DNA of 64,000 bases, taken from the NCBI GenBank assembly GCA_036172245.1, contig JAYWIR010000002.1:1488001-1552000 (forward strand), read 5' to 3'. The stretch's first letter is position 1, and each line of letters opens with the position of its first letter. Below the pieces are notes generated by a model, which was not told the DNA's origin, made no database searches, and worked only from the letters and a program-made list of their open reading frames with translations. The position numbers and the translations under genes were made by a program. This DNA comes from Raillietiella orientalis. Its lineage: Eukaryota. Below, one piece after another: positions 50,052 to 61,429 of the stretch.

Positions 50052-51658
50052 GTTACAACGGGATGATCCACATTCAAACAATACCCTAAGAAATGAGACA
50101 TCAATATTCTCAATAATTCACTGCAAAGTTATTACGGTAATCACTTGTAGAATTGTTAATGATCTTCAGCTAATTGGCATAACATGGTTCACGCTTAAAG
50201 TTTGCACGCTATAAACTGGATTAAATACCTATCCCGCAAAATTACATGTTAGAATGCAAAAACAAGCAAGCTACTCTCGAATACAAATTTTCGCAATATG
50301 GGTTACCAGCTTTAGAAAGAAACAAATATGGAGTTCAATATACAAAATGTTCAATAACAACCCAAGTATTCAAAATTCATTTTTAGTATATACACATTTT
50401 AGATGTGGAATATCAAAAACTGGAACAATTTCAAAAAATATTATAGCATGTTCTTTTTTCCTTTTCTTCAATGATGCTTTTTCATACTAAACTGTCAATT
50501 GCAATGCTTACAATCCAGTAAAGTCATCCAGTCAATTCGAACGTTGGCTTTTCTCTTCTTTGTGAATAATGAAAGCAACATTCAAAGGTTCCAAAAAGAT
50601 TTTGTGGAGGAAAATAGTTGAACAAAAGGCTCTATAGTTATGCACTATGTATAAACATGTCAACAAGGGTGCTTAATCACAAAGATTATTTAAAGAATAC
50701 AGCAAATAAATGAAATGCACAAGAAGTCTGTCTCTTAAATCAAATGCAAAATGATTCTAAAGCTTGAGCACCCACTACATTAAGGCAGAAAATATTTTCA
50801 CGCCTATAAATTATCAACATTGCTCACTGATGCGTTTAACTGATATTCATTTATAAGATTTGGATATAATTTTATAAATCAGGGAAGTAATGTTGTGGAG
50901 TAAACGGGGGTGGTTTGACAGAAGTAGAAGAAAAATTTGTCAAGAAAGCAATAGCATAAAACAGAAGTGCGAGCAAATGTCTGAAAAGTGGACTTTCGTT
51001 TTTAGATCTAAAAACTATAATCCTAACGTCAAAAGAGGAACTAACAACAAGCCTCTACTTCCTTTACTATGAAGAATGAATCTTTTCATACATTTTACAT
51101 AATTATGCACAAAATTGAAAATTCAGTCTTTCCTATTTGATCCTTGTTTCATGTTTCCTTCGTATTCTGTAGATTTTCAGAGTGAATAAATCTGCTAACA
51201 CACAAATCTATATTGCTAATGTCCCTGTTATTTTTGCAACGCAGACTCTTATCTCTTTGTGATCATCTTATGTGCATTCTTTTGATCCAGAAAGTTCTCA
51301 CCTTCATTTGTTTGAAATTATTCAAAATTTAAAACACAACACTCTTTTTTTTTACATACTTTTCGATTTTATGTATTAAATGGCGAAAATCATTGCTTTT
51401 CTTTCCAGTTTTTTGAGGAGACCTCGAAGTTGGTCGGACGAAAAGTTATTGAGCCATTGAAGAATAGGGTTGCAATTGAAATATCCCTTTCTGAGGTTGG
51501 CAGTTCTGAAAGAGGATTTATGTCAAATTTGATTTTTCTTGATGAGGAGCAGTTGTGTAACTAGCTTAGCTTAGCTTGCATGTCTCAAAGCATTGAGCCA
51601 TGAATACACATAAGCATTTTTATATATTTATGTTTACATTTTGTTTGTTCTCCAAGTA

Positions 51659-53316
51659 ATGAATAAACTAAACTCGTGGGTATTTAGACGTGATCTGCTT
51701 GTATTTCCCTTGCGAAGGTTTGCCAATGTTGTTGAGAAGGAAAGTTTTGATGAAGATGGTGTAAATAGTCGGTAAGGAGTCATTCATGATCACACCTGAG
51801 GTGCATCAATACCATCATTTTAAGGATTGAAAATAAAATTGTTATTGGTTGCCATGGAAAGATCACATATTTATCAGAAGAACTAACAAACTCATTTAAA
51901 AGTGTAACATCAAGTGGTTTCTATGATCACGTTTACAATAAAAGTCCAGAGGCAGATGTGTCTTCTGCGAGTTTGGGGACACCAGTTGACACACATGATG
52001 TGCATTCTGACCAGCGTGCCCCCAGTATGCACCAACGTATAGTTGCGAAATCGGAAGATGAGCTTAATGCGTTGAAAAATGAATGTTCCAATATTCCCCA
52101 AGACTCACGTTTGGCAAAAATATCAATTATTGGACTTCCTAATGCTGGGAAAAGCACTCTAATCAATGCTCTGCTTAAATGGAAGGTGCAGAGAGCTTCT
52201 GAATAATACATAACAAGTAATTTAGGTATTTTCTGTTTCTTCCAAAGTACATACAACCCAGAAGAATGCCACTGCATGCCATACAGAAGGAAACACTCAA
52301 GTTGTTATCATGGATACTCCTGGTGTTATTACTAATGAAGAACATAAAAGGTACACTTCTATTAGCTTTCTATCAGCTGAATTTATTTCAGATATCATTT
52401 GAATTATAATTTATTGGTTGATGCAAGGAAGTCATTAGAGCATTGTGATGTCATTTGTCTGTTACATGATGTCTCACACAAGCATAGTAGGAATGTTCTG
52501 GGTTCTCCCGTCTTGAATCTTTTGAAGTGTTATCCACACAAGCCATCCATCCTAATTTTGAATAAGGTTAATGGTTCATTTCCTTCATTTTAATGTTTTT
52601 TATCACACAGATAGATACAATAAAAGAGAAGCAGAAACTCCTTGATCTTGTTTCTGAATTAACTTGTGGTCAAGTGAATGGGCTCACAAGTTCTTACAAG
52701 ATGAAACCCAAATTTGTGAACTCTGCTAAATTGTACTTAAGAGAGAAGTTAAAACCAAGTGTTCCACCTGATGCAACACCTAGAGGTGAGAATGGAGACA
52801 GAGGTTGGCCTCATTTTTCTCATGTCTTTATGGTTTCTGCATTGAAACAAGAAGGCATTACTAATCTAAGAGTGAGTTGGGGAACATTCAATTAAATTTG
52901 CTGTTATAGAATTTTTTGGTATCTTGTGCTCATCCTGCTGCATGGGAATATCCACCGCATTTGGTCACTGATCAGCCTCCCATGGAACTTGCCAAACAAG
53001 TAATCAAAGCTCAATTGCTGAATTATCTTCATAAAGAGATCCCATACAAACTCAGTCCACAAATAGAAGAGTGGAGAGTGAATGATGCTGGTAAGAAGGT
53101 GCTTCTTCCATCTGATTGTACTACATTGTAACAGATGTGTTGGAGATAATTGCAAGTGTGTGGTGTCCATCCCGTATTGCCAAGCTAGTCATAGGACCAG
53201 CTGGAGAAAAAATTAAACAAATTGCAAATGCTGCACAACAAGATTTAATGAATTTGTTTCATACTGAAGTTTATCTACGAATTGCTGTGCAAGCATGTAA
53301 ACAAGTCAATCTTTGA
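51659..53316 (+). CDS. ERAL1: Mitochondrial Era-like GTPase (multi-exon)
   Basis: G1 GLPNAGKSTL, G2 SSKVHTTR, G3 DTPG, G4 LNK/ID, VFMVSAL and the KH region EIPY...VIGPAGEKIKQI. The N-terminus MNKLNSWVFRR is presequence-like (start inferred). Confidence 0.94.
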
Positions 53317-53327
53317 TAAAAAGCACA

Positions 53328-56300
53328 TTAGCTCTTTTGTTGCTGCATCCATTCCCCAATGCGCTGCTTGAGTTCTTTGTGTGGTTTGATCATGTCCATG
53401 GTCAATGGCATACGGTTGAAGGGATCTGTCTGATCACTCAGTAAATGCCTAAAAGTACACATTTGTATTTCTTCCATTTTCACATATGAGCTTAAAACAA
53501 TTCTGATCATGAACTTTAATTAAAAGTTGTTACTATCTTATTAGCAGTACACTGTAATTGACTTAATCAACAGGGTTCTAATTTAAAAGGGGAATCACAG
53601 AGATAGGCGAATATGCACTAGAGCACAAGGTGAACTGTACCTAGCTATTGTTGATCGGTCTATGACAACACCAGAAGTTGGCAGCAGAACTGGATCTGTC
53701 ATTAATGTGGACATGATTGGATCCAAAAATTCTTCTGGTGCTAAAGCTGCTAATTCTTCTTGTAACTGTTGATGTGATGTCAACTGTTTAACATCAGCAG
53801 CCAATTTCTGTATTTGTTGCACCAAGTCTTGTTGGTGTAGGCGTTCTATACCATATTCATAAAAAAAACTGCTTGTTGGATACAGCATCTACCTAGCACA
53901 TTAGTAGCATGTACGAAAAGCTCTGGGTTGTAGGAACGACCATCTCTACCAACTGCCAGCAGAAATTCCTGATTCTCTCCAAGGTTTATGTATATTTCAA
54001 GTATGAGTTGCACAATCTTTCCTGGTTGAAAATCATACTCGCCTAGGTCTCGTACCTTTAAAATTCTTAATTGCATTCTAGCATTATAATGATTTACTGA
54101 CCTTAAAGTTACGTTTCTCAGGTCCTACGAGATGCAAAAGGAAATAATTAAGCATATTGGCTATGCGGTCCACTAGCAATGTGTGACAAAATATACTGTG
54201 AATTTCTGAAGTCAGCATTCGTAATGTGCTGATAGTCTGCAAGCCCATTATGTTATGAAATCTGTCTACAAGCTACAGAACTCAGAATCAATGGAGTCAC
54301 ATAAATTTACCTTGCTAACATGCCTATGTGTTTAAAGTTTGTCGTTTTTTCCCTCCTCTCAGCTTCTGATAACTTTTGCCAATCACCAGCATCCCTATTA
54401 CATGATCTTTCCTTATTTCTGATAAATAGGAATCTTCTACCTTTCAGCTTGCATCGTTTTCAGTTGCTTCATATATTGAAGGGCTTCGTCAAGTAAGAAA
54501 ATGGCATCATTTATCAATAAATTGAGGAACTGTAGGAATAATGGAGGCTGCGTGTCCTCAATATGCTCTTCTGCATCTGCTGCCATTTGTTGCAAGACTT
54601 TGTGATGTACCTACTTTGCCATGGTTGACCATTGGATTCTATAAAGAGTTACCTCAAGCTTCCATATGTATTCCAGAATCACATACATGGGGCGGCGATA
54701 GTTGAATTTTTGTTCAAATGCAACTCCCTGGCCAGTCATCTCAATGCTCACAAAGACTGACAGCAATGCTGGTACTAAATATTGACAATACTTATGCTCC
54801 TGGATGATACGTTCCCTATTTCTTGTGGAAACAAATCCCTGATTAGGAAATCCTTCATTTGTTGGGAGTAATGCCTCTAAGCACTCTGCCAGTTTAGCAC
54901 GCAGATGTGGATTGTGCATGTGGGAGGATGATCCCATGAAAATCAAGATGAAGGACAAAATGTGAGCTAACAAATCACCAGCATTTTCAATAGTCTGTAC
55001 ATGAAATCGACGTAAAAAGATCAAGAAATCAATGACATTTTCAGGCACAAATTCGGGAACACTGTGAAGAGTGCCTGAGGGTTCTCCTTTCAGCATGAAA
55101 AGCTCTTCCTCCTTGAATTCATTAGATGCTTGATGAATTAACCACACACAAGTGCCTGCTGCAAAAACCATCATATTTTGTAAAAAAGTCTCTTGTGATA
55201 AAGCTGCTTTGATGCAAAGATATTTTGTCATTTCTCTGTCCATTGAATCTTTAATCATGCTCAGCACATCATTATTTTGGTGAGACTGCTGTTGAACATC
55301 TTGAAATACTTGCTGCAGTTGACTGATTTCTTGATTTAACTTAATAAATTTTTCACAAATGACATGAAAGCCTAGTTGCAAAGTCTTGTGTGTTATAAAA
55401 TAAATTTCTGTAGCAAAAGTAAACTGCTTGTCACTTCTTTCTTTATTTTCACTAGGAATCAGAAATGTTTCATTTCTTAAGCCTTTCATGTGCAAAAACC
55501 TAGTTTTTGCTTCTTCTGGATTTTCAGTTTCTTCTAGGCAATACTGTGCACTAATGTTAAGCAATTTATCACAAAATGGATTAGAACAAAACGGAAGACA
55601 AAATTGTAGCATTATGTTGCCCAAGTTAATCATAAAGCCATCTGATACAAACTGTGAGTTCATAAGCAAGTTCCCTACATTCGCCCATATTTTTTTACGT
55701 CCCTCATTGGAATACAAACAATTTGCCATCCATGTTAAGAGTTCATGTTTAATGTCTTGGTTCAGCTTAAACGCACTATAAAATATACCATAGATTCTGT
55801 TTTGAAGATTTTCGAGCAACGTGTGGATATTTCCTTCCATTTGTGAAAGAACTTGAACAGACTGAGTTGCTGGTTTCTCAAAGTACTGAGGAACTTCCAT
55901 ACCAGACTTTGGTAAACAAGAAATAGAGAGTAGGTTGCCTAAGACACTAGTCATAAATTCAGCCCCAATGTTTGTATTAGCCGGATGAAAACTACATATC
56001 ATGATGTTACCAGTCACTTCTTTAAGAATCAGGAATTCAAGAATTTCAATCCATCTATAATTCATGGAATGTAAAGAAGCATTAGAACTTTCCTGTTTTA
56101 AGCTGCCCAGAACAGGAATAAACAACTGTTTTAATGAAGCTAAGCAACTCTCTGGATACATATTCATTGAGGAATCAATCACACCTTCAAAGAATAAAAC
56201 AATGTCAGCAAATGATTCATTTTGCATCAACAAGGCATATACTTCTTGGGATATATCCTCTTCTTGCAATATACTTGGCTGTTCTATAACTGTTGACGCA

Positions 56301-56833
56301 TTTTGAAATATTATTGTTTTCATTGTCTCTAATTCATATTTCAATTTGCCTTTGAGGTCGAAATGTCTAAGTCTTTCAAAACATTCGAATAAATACACGA
56401 ACACTCTTTCCTCGGTTGCTTTTCTTACATATTCAACTGAATGCTTTTCATGATTAATACTCATATTTTCTTTAATATGTCTCATGATTAATCTTTCGAA
56501 GAGAATATGTTCCAATACTTGCAAATCCATTAATTTGCACGGATATTCTAATGCATCAACATGCATGACGACTAAGTGATTCCGTGATCCATCCAATTGA
56601 CTCCCCTCGTCAACAGTAAATAGAAAAATCTTCTCTATGGCATCGTTCAGGTTTTGTCTGATGGAATCCTCACTACTCCAATTAGAACTACTGGATATTA
56701 ATGAAAGGCCATTGTTAGTAATTCCTTGTTCATCACCGTTATCTTGTAATAATGATTTTACTCTTTCTTTTATACGTTTCGAAAAGTTTCTGTCATCTGC
56801 TGCAAAAAATAATTCAAAAGGATTTTTCTCCAT
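53328..56833 (-). CDS. UBE4A: U-box E4 ubiquitin ligase (Ufd2 family, UBE4A type; multi-exon)
   Basis: N-terminal NPFELFF. Ufd2 core motifs [25 protein letters not shown] and [18 protein letters not shown]-box [20 protein letters not shown]...[15 protein letters not shown]. Confidence 0.95.
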
Positions 56834-59800
56834 TTCAAACTCATATACTGGGCTCTGATTACACCGAGGATTCTTGACTACAAACTGGCTGAATTTACAA
56901 ACACTGAAATACTTTCTCCAGTACTACGTAGGCCACACTGAATATAACCTAAGGGACAGCTCACAAGATTCCGTCATTGCCTAGTAAACAAAGGTGCCAA
57001 ATTTAACACAAAGCATACGCTGAAAAATATCGATATTCACTTCAGTGGAAGCACAAGCATTTGAAACAATTAAAACAACGTTGAGTGTAGTGTTGCTAGA
57101 TCAGTTACTTTAATTCAATCTCAATACGCTAATAATGAAATGATGCAGCTCTTTGAATGACTAGTCAAAGTATTATTTACCTTTTTTTTCTTCAAATAGA
57201 AGTTACTGGAATTATAAAGAAAATAATAATGCGTTAATAGACATAATAGCAAGGTTAATAATAGTCAAGTTTCAATATAAAATTTCAAATTTCTCACTTA
57301 TGTATTTTTTTTCTAAACATTACATTTAATGAAATCGTTTATAAATAATTTATATGGAGTAGATTATAATAGTATTAAGATAAATTATGAAAACAGCTTC
57401 TAATGATATCGCACCATGATGCTATTTTTTTGAAATTTCCATCTTATCTAGGATTTGAACGCTGCCAAAAGTTCTCATAGGAATCTCATTCAGCATTAGA
57501 AAGAAAGGAGCACTCCGTGTATTCGTAGCTTCAGTGATGCTGACCATTTCTGGGTGAGAAACATAGTTTAGAAATCTGTTGAACATACGCAGCACTTGTT
57601 GGACACTAAGATAACCTATAGACTATATGAAATTCCTTTCAAACAGTAAATAGCGAAGATGATAATTTATATTCCCTTGACTACAATGGATAATGAATTA
57701 TCTAATGGAATAGAAGCACCTTGAATTATGAGAAGAATCATATCAAATAAGGCTCCTGTGTGGACTGTATGAACGAATCAAACAAAAATCTACGGCTTTT
57801 AAGTTCTTATTAAAAAAAAAATGTCCCAACGCTATTCATTATGCTTTTCGTGTACAACTGATATGTTATTGAGAACTTTGATCTTTGGAAATGATTACCT
57901 GTGTAGCTGTTAACCTTGATACAAAGAACAAAAGCATTCAGCTCTCTCTTTTTTTTTTTTAGTCAGAAATCTTTATTTTATTTTATTCTTTATAATGGAT
58001 TCTGTTGCAGAGAAATTTCACATCCAGGAAACTGCTTTCCATGTTGCAACATAGATTAAATAAAGACTCAAATTTCAAAAAATAATTTTAGAGTAGCTTA
58101 TACTGGAAAATTTCCCGTTAATAAATATTCACGGTAAAAATTTTCTAACAAATCATGCAGTAAGGGAGAGGGGATTCTTCTCATGTCGCTTTTCTTTTTT
58201 TCCATTTCACTTTATAATTCACTCCTGAACAACTCGAAAACGAAGCAATAAACGCATAACAAACAAACGAGTTACTTAGAAAAAACACGTGTGCAGCTCA
58301 TCCTTTTTCCATCTTTCAGCTGAGAGCCATTCATAACCCTACTTGCCTAACTGCTGAGATAAACACATCACTTTCTAAGGATTTATGATTCAGAAATTTT
58401 ATGAGTTGCAGAAACTTTAGGAGCCCCAGGAACGACTCCGCACTCTTATTGATAACTTTCCTTTGTGGAAGGGATATTGAATGTAATTCTCAATCTAAAA
58501 TTTATCACAGACAATAGATTTCTATTTTATTGACTATTAAACAGAGAATTTGGAAACATTATAATTTTCAAACTTTCTAACGATATTTTTTATTCATTGC
58601 AGATGAATTTGTAACTGTTTCACAGAGACGTTCCGGATAAAGAAATCTGATCACAGGGCCATGGGTATAATTGCTCACAACGCTCCTTGCCCCAAAGGTA
58701 AACTAAGCTACGAACCCTTTAGCTCCATAGCTGCATCCATTTACGATAGATCTTTGAGCCTTCTGATGCATCCTGCGTCTCTAATATTTACATGAATACA
58801 AACAAGTTTGTCACCTTGTTGTAATTTGCAAGAGTATAATGCATTCTTTAAGTGCTCGGATGCATTGAAGTCTTGGATAGGATTTCAAGAATTTGTCTGC
58901 AGGACCTCATATTAAGTCTGACAGACTTATGGTAGTTTTAACTGGACATATGTATTGCCATGCCATAGATTATACTCATGTTACTTATGGCTTATAGTAG
59001 ATACTAATTCTGAAACTTTTGGATTCGTTTAGGTGTGGTAAATTTTAGCCTTACGATAAATTATACTGAAGGTAATTAAATACTCCTCAAATAAAGATAA
59101 AATCTCTTTCAAAAAGTAATCTTTTTTTGTTTTAATGATTTCGTTTTTTTTTTTCTCGTCACTAAATATCATGTACAAAATTGATGTGATTTGTGAAAAG
59201 AGAGTACTTTGATATCAAAACTGCTATTTTAGAAGATGGGAAGTTCGATTTTAAAGATACACTCACAGTATTGGATAAACAGAAGGTAACATTGGAAAAA
59301 AAAAAAATCATCTGGACGAATCAGCAAAATAAGTACTCAAAACCGAATGCAAGAATGATGGGGATTTTTATTTTGTCTTGCCATCTGAAGTTTTTTGCTT
59401 TTGCCATTGCCATTTACCTTCGGCGGAATTCGGGAATCTCAGCTTTTGGTTGTAGGGTCGCGCATTATGCAGCTGGGACTCCAGTTTCACCTCTTTTTAC
59501 GATCAGTACGATGCCCTAAGGTCACACACAACGTCAGCTGATCCAAGGTCTATGGAAAGGAGGAAATTTCCCAACATCCCTAAAGTATTCTCCTAGAGAT
59601 GCCAATCAACTTTCTGTTCCCTATTTTTCGAGCTTACGAAAAGCATGGGAAGAACAAAAAGGCGACAGGAACAGGCAGAGGCACGACACCTTGGGTGTTA
59701 CACCTCAAAGTGCTGTGAGTGGGCATACAGATTTTCAAATAGGTTCAAAAGCTTCTTCCAAAATCGAGTAAAACTCAGCAGCACGACCAGTACTGTATCC

Positions 59801-60709
59801 CTTTGTCATATGATCACGTTTCCTTGATTTCCTAGGAGCGATTTTCCCTAAGAGATTTCAATGGGAAACATCTATCGGACCATATTCCTACTGCCTAGAG
59901 CAAGGAAAGGACTTGATGACTTTGGTGTAGAGAAACTCTGACTTACTGAACAATGGATCTGCTGCAGATACCAGCTAGAAGATCTAGAAGCTGTTCGGCC
60001 GCTTCCAGCGACCTCAAGAGGAATTTGGAAGGGCTGTTTCTCCTCGAAGCCAGTAGGGGTCGCACCTTAGGAACGAAGGTTCTTCCCACCAGTTTGCACC
60101 CTGCTGCTTCATCTGCTCCCGTATCCGCGGAGCCAGAACTGCAAATGTTCGCTCTGCGAAGATCCGGGAAGAGGACCAAGTAGACACACTTGATCCTCTT
60201 TTAGGAGGTGGTCCCTGTCTCATTCTCCACACTTGAGAATGCTCCCTGTTTTCTCCTCTCGATTTACCTGACCCCTCGTTGTGCCTCTGGAGGATCCTCA
60301 AGTGCCCGAGTCGTAGGCCTGTGGTTACGGTGATCTCCACGCGTGGCGGTACCATGCGTCGTGGGTTCGAATACTTCGAAGGAATCGAAGCATTGAGTCG
60401 TGGGTTCCGAGTTCACCCCACAAGATGACGCTCGTTGGCCTCCATTCATCCGGGTGCAGCACTGGTAACTGTTGAAACCGGATGCCCCCCGATGGGGACC
60501 GGGACAAATGGGAGTCGACCTCCGGGTCCTTCCAGGAATCAAGGAGTAAGGAGTTCCCCCTCCGGTTGTGAAGGAGCGGACCCCCCATTCCGGGGGGACC
60601 CTCCACGTCATACTGACGGAGTAGGTGTGTCGCCACCACCTCTGCAGAGAGTTCAGAGACGCGAGCCGATCCCTTCGGGGAAGCTGCGTCCTTCTGAATT
60701 TCGGAAGCG

Positions 60710-60950
60710 TCCCTTTTGGGTTCTCTTCAGAGGAGTAAAAACAAGAGCGGATCCCTTGAGGAGGATCTCTCCGGAGAAGAAATTCCAGGATCAGATCCTT
60801 TACGGACTCCCTTCAGAGAAGAAAAAATGGAGCGGACCCCCTCCCCGGGGGGTCCTCCGGAGAGAATAAGGAAGGAGATTCCCTTCTGGATTCCCTTTCG
60901 GAGACAACTAGGGTGGAGGTGATCTCCATTTCCGGGGATCCTTCCCCAGG
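60710..60950. repeat. Three degenerate ~85-bp tandem units at the edge of repeat copy B
   Basis: Units start near 60710, 60796 and 60879, each reading TCC(C/T)TT..GG.(T/C)TC.CTT...GAG...A-rich...GAG... Confidence 0.5.
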
Positions 60951-61099
60951 CGTGAGAGGAACAGACTCTGAGTCCTTCCTGGATACTTAGGGCGCACCCC
61001 TCCCGGGGCACCCCTTATCTTGAAGAATTACCCACCTTCGGATGGCGTGGAACGGTGTCGAAGAACTGCGAAGACAGAAAAGAAGGATTTGCATCATCC
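60879..61099. repeat. Dispersed repeat, copy B
   Basis: Diverged direct copy of 41985-42308. Confidence 0.85.
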
Positions 61100-61429
61100 G
61101 CGACAGAAATCTGAGAAAAGTGAAAATGGCAAAGTTCCTTCCTGCAATTTTCACCTTTCTCTTCTCCCGGTGATCTCGAAGGATCGCTGCTGTGCCTCCA
61201 TTCCTTGCGAAGAAAAAGGAAAAAAAAGAGAGGAAAATCTGAATGGTCCCTTTCATCTCGCAACCAAGGGCTCTCTGCCTGCAGCCGGCAAACTTTATTA
61301 TCAACGGGGCACAGACGAACGTCGAAACCTTCGGGGATGCAGGCCGCGGTTGGCCAACCGGCAGCAGCTCTCCAGGAATTCTTGCCTCCGGAGATTCGGG
61401 TTCTGGAGGGCAGCGGGAGGCCGATCTGC

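Noticed and set aside
51578..51605. GCATGTCTCAAAGCATTGAGCCATGAAT resembles the 5' end of 18S rRNA, just upstream of ERAL1
   Set aside because: Only 28 nt with 3 mismatches and a gap, and no flanking rRNA similarity. Plausibly chance; BLASTN would be needed.
53450..53640. Longer last intron of UBE4A as a snoRNA host
   Set aside because: No convincing C/D boxes or H/ACA double hairpin visible.
43300..59500. AT-rich block as bacterial HGT, viral insertion or organelle DNA
   Set aside because: It encodes intron-containing nuclear eukaryotic genes, including the animal gene TMEM132.
57000..59520. Short ORFs and splice-like signals in the AT-rich spacer upstream of UBE4A
   Set aside because: No consistent exon chain or recognisable protein motif could be built.
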